A program made the position numbers and the translations under genes. A stretch of DNA of 64,000 nt from Antedon mediterranea (lineage: Eukaryota; Animalia; Echinodermata): NCBI RefSeq assembly GCF_964355755.1, contig NC_092670.1, forward strand, positions 40,970,388 to 41,034,387, given 5' to 3'. The notes under the pieces were generated by a model, which was not told where the DNA came from, did no database searches, and was given only the letters and a program-made list of their open reading frames with translations. Positions 39,201 through 51,200 of the stretch are shown piece after piece. The first letter of the stretch is position 1. Every line of letters starts with the position of its first letter.

Positions 39201-42200
39201 ATGTAAGACCACTTCACATGGTAGTAGGCCTATTGATATGTAATTGTGATGTAAGACCACTTCACATGGTAGTAGGCCTATTGATATGTAATTGTGATGT
39301 AAGACCACTTCACATGGTAGTAGGCCTATTGATATGTAATTGTGATGTAAGACCACTTCACATGGTAGTAGGCCTATTGATATGTAATTGTGATGTAAGA
39401 CCACTTCACATGGTAGTAGGCCTATTGATATGTAATTGTGATGTAAGACCACTTCACATGGTAGTAGGCCTATTGATATGTAATTGTGATGTAAGACCAC
39501 TTCACATGGTAGTAGGCCTATTGATATGTAATTGTGATGTAAGACCACTTCACATGGTAGTAGGCCTATTGATATGTAATTGTGATGTAAGACCACTTCA
39601 CATGGTAGTAGGCCTATTGATATGTAATTGTGATGTAAGACCACTTCACATGGTAGTAGGCCTATTGATATGTAATTGTGATGTAAGACCACTTCACATG
39701 GTAGTAGGCCTATTGATATGTAATTGTGATGTAAGACCACTTCACATGGTAGTAGGCCTATTGATATGTAATTGTGATGTAAGACCACTTCACATGGTAG
39801 TAGGCCTATTGATATGTAATTGTGATGTAAGACCACTTCACATGGTAGTAGGCCTATTCAATTTGAAAAGTTTGATTTCTTTATTGCTTTTATTTCAAAA
39901 ACACAAATTACCGTTGGTTGTTTGAACAAGCACAACAGCTCCTAATGGATTGTCCTCTGATGCTGGAATAGGTTGAGTACATATCACACACTCAATTTGT
40001 TCCTCTAATGACGATACTGGATCAGTTTCCATAGAAACAGATTCAATTTGCTTTGCACTTTCAACTGAAAAGAAACAAATAATACTAAAATGCTGCGGCC
40101 TATTAAATTTTCGACTTAAAAACAATTAAATAACTTGTTCACATTTTAATAGTAACCTGAAATTTGAGGATTTTCTTCCAAAAACTGCTTTTGTTGTGAT
40201 GCAAATTTTGCTAACAAATGTTGTTGTCTTTCTAGTGCTTTCCTTTTTCTGAAAATACAAAAGTTAAATTTTTTTGTAAAAATTTAAAAATGTACTGTAC
40301 TACTGATTAATAATACTTTTGGATCTAGTCAATATTTATAGTCATAACATTTTTTCACAAAAATATTGATATCACAAAAATTTATGTGGTTTAAAAGTTA
40401 TTCTTTATTTATAAAACTTATTCATTATCTGCAAACTTTTAGATGCATTTGTAAAGCTCTGTCTACACTATCAAACTAGTTTGACAAAAAAAGTGTGAGG
40501 TGCCCAAATATGGTAGTGATATGACATCATCATACGTTTTTTGTCACATAAAGTTTGATAATGTAAACAGAGCATAGAAACAGCAGTATGAGATACCTTT
40601 CACTGACGGCATCAACATTATCTTCTTCCTGTCTTTTCTTTGGATGAACCTGCAATCTATCTGCACATTCCTTGCTCAGTTCTGCCAATCTGTCTAACAG
40701 CTTGCCAATATAATACGGTCCAGACCCGGCCTTTGGGTCGCAACCAGAATCGGCCTTTGGGTCAGTGCTTCCTGTCGCCTGTCGCTTATAAACTTTATCA
40801 TTTGATAATTTAGAGTACAGTTTCACAAGCAAACTTAACATACTTTCATTGATGTCCACAGAGGTACATTTGGCAGTGTCTGTAGCGCTTGGTATTGGGG
40901 CCTTCTCTTCTTCATCATAAGCAGTAGCCTGTGGTGGAATTTCAATTACACCAGTCATCTCAATGATGTCCATGGCATTTTGAATGGCATCAAAGAACTC
41001 CTCCTCCTCTTCGTCATCTTCTTCATCATCAATATCATCATTATCTGCCATTTCCATGTGGATGTCGTCTAAATCTGGTCCGAGGTTCCCGGCAAAGGCT
41101 GCCTGTACTGGTGGTTCTACTGGGAATGTGGAGTTTTCCGCATGGAGATCCTTTAGCAACGCCCTCTACATTTGAGATGTACAAACAATGAAATGATTTT
41201 GGACTATGATTTTGGTTTTTTATTCTTTTCAAATCCATTTTTTAAACATTTATTTGTTGTTTTTGTTTTATTTTTCATATGTTTACTTTCTGTGAGGTGA
41301 AAGTCAATAAATTAATTGACATAAATTTACAATAAAATATTTTCAATGAGATACAATTGAGATTGTGAGCTAAAGTAGTATACGTATGAAACGCCATATG
41401 TGCCAAAATATTTCACTTACAAATGGATTGCTGGAATCAGTTTTTTCTTTCCTTGTCAGTTCAATGGTCTTAATAGTATATGAGATGTTCTTTAGCATGT
41501 TGTTATATGGAAACCAATCAGAAAGCTCCATATCATTACAGGTGTCACCAACCTCCACCTGTATGACAAAAAATACCAACTTTTGTCAAAGAAACTTGTT
41601 CTCAAGTATTCAACTCAGAACTTGACTAAGTTGTTTATAAACTTTTAAGTGTGGTATTAAGAAGCATATTGAGTACTTACTTGAGTAATATCATTTGGTT
41701 GACATTGTAAAGCTAATGATATAAGAGCAATACACTGATACATCACTGGCTCACTTACATCTTTCTCATTCACAGCCTACAAATGAACAAGTAAACAAAC
41801 ATTTTAACACACAAATTAAGGTCTTACCTAAAATATCAATCTCTTTAGAAACATCAAACTTATCTTTTGTTTATCTGGGAAATATTGGAAATATTTATTT
41901 ATATTTGCTCTTTTTACTGATTTATTATCTTCAAAATATTGTAACAAAGCATAGTAGTAATAAAATACCTTGTGAAGTACAAGAAATAAAGCAGCATGTA
42001 ATGTCCTGGAATGGAGTAGTTGTTGAACTGGTTTAAATTCTTGGTTGATGTCTTTCAGTGGTTGGTACGCTGGCCACAGCACATCACTACCTATGTGTTT
42101 ACCACTCTGCTTCATTCTTTGGAAATAAACATCATTAGGTATCATTGATGTGGCCATATATGGATGATGATGATGTCATATCAAAACCATATTTGGGCAC

Positions 42201-45200
42201 AATTATTTTTTTGTAAAACTAGTTTGATAGTGTAGACAGCATAGTACAATATCCTTTGTAAATAAACATCATACTATTTGAGATTTGTAGAAATCCATGT
42301 GGATGATTTTGATAATTATGATAATGATGCTGCTCTATGTGAATGATAATAGTTTCATTCCATTTATTTCTTTGACATACCACTGGTGACGCAATGCAAT
42401 GACGCAAGTTATTTGACAAATCACAAACAATGGATTATTCGAACAGTGGCTGGTCATTGGTCAACTCGCTTGCGTTGACAGTACGTCCTTGCGTTGCGCC
42501 TCTAGTTGGAATCCCGCTTATGCAACAATGAAGTGATATGTGCCACAAGGACAAGCCATGTTGATGCAACAATGAAGTGATATGTGCCACAAGGACAAGC
42601 CATGTTGATGCAACAATGAAGTGATATGTGCCACAAGGACAAGTCATGTTGATGCAACAATGAAGTGATATGTGCCACAAGGACAAGCCATGTTGACGCA
42701 ACAATGAAGTGATATGTGCCACAAGGACAAGCCATGTTGATGCAACAATGAAGTGATATGTGCCACAAGGACAAGCCATGTTGATGCAACAATGAAGTGA
42801 TATGTGCCACAAGGACAAGCCATGTTGATGCAACAATGAAGTGATATGTGCCACAAGGACAAGCCATGTTGATGCAACAATGAAGTGATATGTGCCACAA
42901 GGACAAGCCATGTTGATGCAACAATTAAGTGATATGTGCCACAAGGACAAGCCATGTTGATGCAACAATGAAGTGATATGTGCCACAAGGACAAGCCATG
43001 TTGATGCAACAATGAAGTGATATGTGCCACAAGGACAAGCCATGTTGATGCAACAATGAAGTGATATGTGCCACAAGGACAAGCCATGTTGATGCAACAA
43101 TGAAGTGATATGTGCCACAAGGACAAGCCATGTTGATGCAACAATGAAGTGATATGTGCCACAAGGACAAGCCATGTTGATGCAACAATGAAGTGATATG
43201 TGCCACAAGGACAAGCCATGTTGATGCAACAATGAAGTGATATGTGCCACAAGGACAAGCCATGTTGATGCAACAATGAAGTGATATGTGCCACAAGGAC
43301 AAGTCATGTTGATGCAACAATGAAGTGATATGTGCCACAAGGACAAGCCATGTTGATGCAACAATGAAGTGATATGTGCCACAAGGACAAGCCATGTTGA
43401 TGCAACAATTAAGTGATATGTGCCACAAGGACAAGCCATGTTGATGCAACAATGAAGTGATATGTGCCACAAGGACAAGCCATGTTGATGCAACAATTAA
43501 GTGATATGTGCCACAAGGACAAGCCATGTTGATGCAACAATTAAGTGATATGTGTATTTTAATTTTTTTTTTCCAGCTTACATTGCGGTGTAGTTATCCA
43601 GCGCTGCTTGGTAGTCCTTTCTTTGCATTGACCTCATCTGCACCATAATTGGGTCAAACTCTGACATCCAAAGCTCTGGTTTAAGTACGTATTGCCCCTG
43701 TCTAAAATTGCCACCAGATAACTGTGTAGGGTCTTTAAAATCAGCTACCTAAGATACAAGTTTAAAATATAAACAAGTGAGAAACTTTGTGAATGTGACG
43801 CACGAAATATTGCAGTCTGGGTAATAGCACTCCTAAGACAACCTTTGAAAGTAGTGGATTAATGGAAACACATCTATGGATGCTAATTGGTGAAATATTG
43901 TGAATGTAAATAAAATTTATTGATTTTGTGATGGAGAACTTGTACACACTTTATTAATTGCCAAAAACATACCTCTTTTAAGATGTCTTCGAACATATCT
44001 GAAATACTGAGCACTTCACTTCTCTCAGGAATGTAAAGAAATTTAAGGACTGTGGTGAACAACTTTATGATTTATTCTGTGAACTGTACACATTTCAGTA
44101 ACAAATAAATAAATAATAAATAAATTACAGCTATTTCTTTCTTTGATGATTGACTTCCATTTGACATTTTACTCACTAATTTCTACTAACACACCTGTAA
44201 CAGTAAACAGTAAGTCTAACCCTGAATGCAGGTGTAGATGGTACTTCATTGGACTGTACTAACACACCTGTAACAGTAAACAGTAAGTGTAACCCTGAAT
44301 GCAGGTGTAGATGGTACTTCATTTGACTGTACTAACACACCTGTAACATTAAACAGTAAGTCTAACCCTGAATGCAGGTGTAGATGGTACTTCATTGGAC
44401 TGTACTAACACACCTGTAACAGTAAACAGTAAGTGTAACCCTGAATGCAGGTGTAGATGGTACTTCATTTGACTGTACTAACACACCTGTAACAGTAAAC
44501 AGTAAGTCTAACCCTGAATGCAGGTGTAGATGGTACTTCATTTGACTGTACTAACACACCTGTAACAGTAAACAGTAAGTCTAACCCTGAATGCAGGTGT
44601 AGATGGTACTTCATTTGACTGTACTAACACACCTGTAACAGTAAACAGTAAGTCTAACCCTGAATGCAGGTGTAGATGGTACTTCATTTGACTGTACTAA
44701 CACACCTGTAACCTTAAACAGTAAGTCTAACCCTGAATGCAGGTGTAGATGGTACTTCATTTGACTGTACTAACACACCTGTAACAGTAAACAGTAAGTC
44801 TAACCCTGAATGCAGGTGTAGATGGTACTTCATTGGACTGTACTAACACACCTGTAACAGTAAACAGTAAGTCTAACCCTGAATGCAGGTGTAGATGGTA
44901 CTTCATTTGACTGTACTAACACACCTGTAACAGTAAACAGTAAGTGTAACCCTGAATGCAGGTGTAGATGGTACTTCATTTGACTGTACTAACACACCTG
45001 TAACAGTAAACAGTAAGTCTAACCCTGAATGCAGGTGTAGATGGTACTTCATTGGACTGTACTAACACACCTGTAACAGTAAACAGTAAGTCTAACCCTG
45101 AATGCAGGTGTAGATGGTCTTCATTTGACTGTACTAACACACCTGTAACAGTAAACAGTAAGTCTAACCCTGAATGCAGGTGTAGATGGTACTTCATTTG

Positions 45201-48200
45201 ACTGTACTAACACACCTGTAACAGTAAACAGTAAGTCAAACCCTGAATGCAGGTGTAGATGGTACTTCATTTGACTGTACTAACACACCTGTAACAGTAA
45301 ACAGTAAGTGTAACCCTGAATGCAGGTGTAGATGGTACTTCATTTGACTGTACTAACACACCTGTAACAGTAAACAGTAAGTCTAACCCTGAATGCAGGT
45401 GTAGATGGTACTTCATTTGACTGTACTAACACACCTGTAACAGTAAACAGTAAGTCTAACCCTGAATGCAGGTGTAGATGGTACTTCATTTGACTGTACT
45501 AACACACCTGTAACAGTAAACAGTAAGTCTAACCCTGAATGCAGGTGTAGATGGTACTTCATTTGACTGTACTAACACACCTGTAACAGTAAACAGTAAG
45601 TCTAACCCTGAATGCAGGTGTAGATGGTACTTCATTTGACTGTACTAACACACCTGTAACAGTAAACAGTAAGTCTAACCCTGAATGCAGGTGTAGATGG
45701 TACTTCATTTGACTGTACTAACACACCTGTAACAGTAAACAGTAAGTGTAACCCTGAATGCAGGTGTAGATGGTACTTCATTTGACTGTACTAACACACC
45801 TGTAACAGTAAACAGTAAGTGTAACCCTGAATGCAGGTGTAGATGGTACTTCATTTGATTGTACTAATATTTCTTACAATTAAACTAATTATACTTTAGC
45901 AATGACAACAACCACAATTTTAAAGGATATTTGATCAAGTAGTTGACTGTGTGTTTTTTCTTTCATACACAGCATTGCGATAACCTCACTTTTTAGCAAT
46001 TCATAATTTGACATACCTAGAATTAAATAACAAAATTAATTTGCATATTTAAATGATCTTTCTTTCGAAGAGTCTTGTTGTTATGACTTATATTGCTATG
46101 AGTAATTAATTATATTTTTTATAATTGATTTCCATTAAAACAAAATTAATTATGTATTTTATAGTATATTTAATACATCAGGTAGCTGAATAATTTGGGC
46201 TACAGATAATATTTTTGTTATTGTAATCATCAAATAAATAATCAAAACAAAATAATATCCAGCCTGTGGCTTGCATATTCCATATATTTCACATTGTACG
46301 TTATTGTAATCATCAAATAAATAATCAAATCATGATTCATCCACATTTAAAATTTGTAAAAATTAAATTTGACATTTTAACCATAAACCCCAATTTTATC
46401 CACTAACCTGAGATGATCGAAACAAATGAATTTTAACAAACCTATACTACTAACCTAAGTGTACTCTTGTATTGATCACGGCAAGTAACAAATATAGAGC
46501 GCCCTCTAGCATCACCATCTCCTGTCCTTCCTTCTTTAGGAATGTGTTAGTGTGTCTGGGATTCAGTGACAAATAGTCTAATACATGGTACCTATGAGTT
46601 TAATAACAAACAACATAACATATTTGTATCAGTCTTATAATTATACATTCAGTCACAAGATCAGAATTAGCAGTCACATGGATATATTCATACCTTTCTA
46701 GTATTGTAGTGATTACAACATCAGATTTTAATTTACAAGTGCATAACTGAAAAAAAGAGTACAAATATTTATAATTAGAAAAGTAACAACAAAATATCAA
46801 ATTAAAAGTTTCTACACCCTGGCTTTTTTTATTTAAAATACATCTGAAAAATGTACACCTTTTACCGGGTAAGTGATGCGGAATGTATTCAGCATCAACA
46901 ACATTTTATCTGGAAACAACAGCAACAGATTTTAGCTTGTCAGAGTAAAGGGTTATCAGTAGATCTTTACTCTTTTTGAATAGTGTACCAAGTTCTTTAA
47001 CCAATGTATATATATATATATAGAACCAACAACTTTAAGTCTCATCAGAAGGACTTACCTGAAGCAAGAAGATATCAAGGTCCAACATTGAAGAGCAGAA
47101 ATGGCACTGGCTGTAAGTCATGGCTTGGGCTTTAATCTGAAGACCGTTCCTTATCCACATTCCAGCAAAGATTTCATACAAACATACCTAGAAACATAGA
47201 ATGAAAGATTGCAATACAGTATACACACTCAACTACTAAAACTTAAGATTCAATCACTAAAGCTCTGCCTACACTATCAAAAAAAGTGTGATGTACCTAA
47301 ATATGGTAGTGATATGCTTAAATATGGCAGTGATATGACATCATCATATGGGCATTTCACATTGTTTTGTTTGATAGTGTAGACAGAGCTTTAGTTACAG
47401 TATCTTACCTGTATTTGTAATGGAAACATCATCAATTGCAACATATAGCCATCTGTATTTGGTAACAATGGCTGTAGAACTTGGGATTGCTTATTTACTG
47501 CCTATTAGATAAAATGAATATATAATTAGAAAAGCTTGTAAGGTTAGTAAAATCATTGAAAACCCAGCAAACCCACTAACAAACATTTATGTTTATGTCA
47601 TGCAATACATTGTTTATTGACACAATTACAATAGGCACCAAAATAAGTGGGTGCTTGTCAGTTAGGATACCATTTACCTATTACCACACAGATCAGACCA
47701 GAACAAAGACATAAACAAATTTAAATAGAATATATACATAATAATATACTTTCTGGTATAACTGTCAGTTGACAAAAACCAATGGGGAGGCTGAGAAAGT
47801 ATGCACCAAAATACATTAAAACATACCCATGTTAAGGGACAAACCAACAACCAATGGGGAGGCTGAGAAAGTATGCACCAAAATACATTAAAACTTACCC
47901 ATGTTAAGGGACAAACCAACAACCAATGGGGAGGCTGAGAAAGTATGCACCAAAATACATTAAAACTTACCCTTGTTAAGGGACAAACCAACAACCAATG
48001 GGGAGGCTGAGAAAGTATGCACCAAAATACATTAAAACTTACCCATGTTAAGGGACAAACCAACAACCAATGGGGAGGCTGAGAAAATATGCACCAAAAT
48101 ACATTAAAACATACCCATGTTAAGGGACAAACCAACAACCAATGGGGAGGCTGAGAAAGTATGCACCAAAATACATTAAAACTTACCCATGTTAAGGGAC

Positions 48201-51200
48201 AAACCAACAACCAATGGGGAGGCTGAGAAAGTATGCACCAAGATACATTAAAACATACCCATGTTAAGGGACAAACCAACAACCAATGGGGAGGCTGAGA
48301 AAGTATGCACCAAAATACATTAAAACTTACCCATGTTAAGGGACAAACCAACAACCAATGGGGAGGCTGAGAAAGTATGCACCAAAATACATTAAAACAT
48401 ACCCATGTTAAGGGACAAACCAACAACCAATGGGGAGGCTGAGAAAGTATGCACCAAAATACATTAAAACATACCCATGTTAAGGGACAAACCAACAACC
48501 AATGGGGAGGCTGAGAAAGTATGCACCAAAATACATTAAAACATACCCATGTTAAGGGACACCTTTGGGAACCAACAAAATGTCACCTTAATAATAAGCG
48601 TGTCTCCTGAATAGGGGTTGGCCATTATAGTGTTAAAACATATTACATTTTTATGTTTCACAGTGTCCCCTTAATAGGGGGGTACTTGGAATAGGAGTGA
48701 CCCCAGAAAACAGATGCTCTACTGTATGTAGAAAAGAATGTAGTTGTGTCAACTTACAAAACTAATGAATAGTGCCAGGTTCCTCAAAAGAGGAAGATCA
48801 AAAGAAAACTTACAAAACTAATGAATAGTGCCAGGTGCCTCAAAAGAGGAAGATGAAAAGAAAATTGCATTGGAGAGGGGGCACTATTCAAGTTAAGAGC
48901 ATCAAACCAGTCCTGGATTTCTTCCGCACACACTGATATCATCATCTTGGAGAATTCTATCGTCTCGGATGTTTTGCAGTGACTGACAAGTTGCCACATG
49001 GGGGCAGCACAAGCTTCAACTTCGGCCGTGAATGCTGCGTAGTAATGAGGAGAAAACTCTAAATGCTGTTCATGTTCTCTTTCATTAAGGTTAATTCCTA
49101 AAAAATAAAATCCATTTAGAAGTTAATGGTTGCAGTTTAATTTTAATAAATTTATTATTATAAAGTTAGAATTAGATTTCTCTCTTTTCTACCTATTTTC
49201 AAGGATAACCATAGGCGAATTCATTCACTATCCTTCTTAAGGTCCACAAGACAAACAATTTTCTACATAAACAAAAGACTAAAGCGCTGTCTACACTATC
49301 AAACTTAATGTGACATAAAAATGTGATGTGCCCATATGGATATGATGATGTCATATCACTACCATAATTTGGGCATATCACTACCATATTTGGACACATC
49401 AGATTTCTTTTGTCAAACTAGTTTGATAGAGTAGACAGAGCTTTAAAGAAATCTTTGGAAGTGGAGTTGTTTTTTGTCACATTATGACATCTGACTGGAT
49501 TCGAACCCAAATAAACCATAGCAAACTCGGGTAACTTGTATCATACCAGTGAAAGTAAGTAGTAATGATGTCCACATTCTAATGAGATCAGGACTTGCAA
49601 AGAACACATCTACACATGGCTTATGTGACATCAGGTTGGTCAGGTCACTGATGATTGGCCAATAAGAATGGTTTCTGATCACCTGATTTGAACAGGAGAC
49701 AACTTGGTGAAAGTTCACATTTGTGCCATATTCATCTGTGATAAAAGAAAACCAAACCAAAAGATATAACTGTATAATTTTCTCTTCAACTAGGTGTTGA
49801 TAAATGGCTCCTCATTTGGGAGTTACTTGTAATGTAAAGTATTTCAATGAAGGAAGTTACTGGAGAAAATTTGATAATATATTGTTCTTGTGAAGAAAAA
49901 AAATTCTTAAATTGTTTTTATTGAAATATGCAATATTAATGTCACATAATAATTATTCAAATCAAATTATGAATTATTTTTTGTTATAAATGAACTTGAT
50001 TAAAACTACAAAATAAAATATTAAAAGTCTATTCATTTTTCATGTTTTTGGGGGGACAATAAATCTTTAATAATAGTAGTACACACCTTTAATTTTGCAG
50101 TCTGTCAGTGAGCTGCGTACCATCTCCTGAATTGACAGAATCATTATATGGAACAGTTGAAGATTTTTGACAACGTGAGTAGCTAGGACTTCATTACTTA
50201 AGACCTGAACACTTATGTGGACCACACGATCTGGAATCACTTCTGGAGAACGTACTAAGGACATGCAGATGCGAGAGTAATGCATCACAAATGCATCTGT
50301 GAAGGGTTTCTGAAATATAGATTTTTAGTTATATATTGCCTGTTTAATTTTCCCTGTTCTATGTAAGGAAACACCTATATTAAGGGAACACTAGACTGTA
50401 AAATGAATTAGGGGCAATATAATTATGTTTTAATGCTACAGCTAACCTCTATTAAGAGGACCCTTTTTGGGTGCCAAATGTGTCCCCTAATAGGGTTCTA
50501 CTGTATTTGTATATTATAACTACTTACTTTATATTCCATATCTGTAAGAAGGCTGAGAAGAAATGTGATGATTTTCTCAGGGAACTCATACTTGACCATC
50601 CAAAACATAATCTCTTGAAGAAAACTAGTGTGAACTAATATTTGTGACAATCCCGGGCAATCTAAATTGATGAAAAAAAATGAAATATAAAATTCATGAG
50701 TCAAAGTTTGACTGACGTTTTGTACGTTACTTAGTTTCAGAGATTCTCTCCCCTTTAAAATTAAATGCAATAATATATTTTATTCTCATTTTTAAACAAA
50801 GTTAAAATTATATCTCAAAGACAAGCAATAATATAAGCAATATTTGGTACCAATGTCCTTTTATATGAACTTTAAAATTTTATTTTTTAATGAATTTTAA
50901 TATTTTTCCAATTTATTGTACCATGGGAATTTTAACATTTTTAAATCTGTTTGAGAATTTTAACTTTTATTAATCCTCTTATATCTTTGTGTTTGAATGT
51001 CGTCTGTATATTTTTATATTGTTTTTAAGAGGGTCTCTTCAAGTCAGCTGTACTGCTGTAGTACAACTGTTAGAGCTAGCCTTGAATGAACCAAAGCTGA
51101 TTCAAACTCATACCTTGTATAATCTCTGGAATTGATGGTGTTGGTAAGGTCAATAAAGCTGCATAATATTCATCAATGGAACTTTCTTTGAACTTCTTTT

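Noticed and set aside
39060-39925. 258-aa and 287-aa ORFs on opposite strands
   Set aside because: Pure translations of the 48-bp tandem repeat inside a UBR3 intron
42435-43527. Cys/His-rich ORFs in all three minus-strand frames
   Set aside because: Artefact of a stop-free 44-bp minisatellite; not a metal-binding protein
47674-48498. 274-aa Trp/Cys-rich repetitive ORF
   Set aside because: Translation of the 72-bp minisatellite
39089-48561. Regular arrays as possible CRISPR loci
   Set aside because: Head-to-tail repeats with no unique spacers, no cas genes, and eukaryotic intron context
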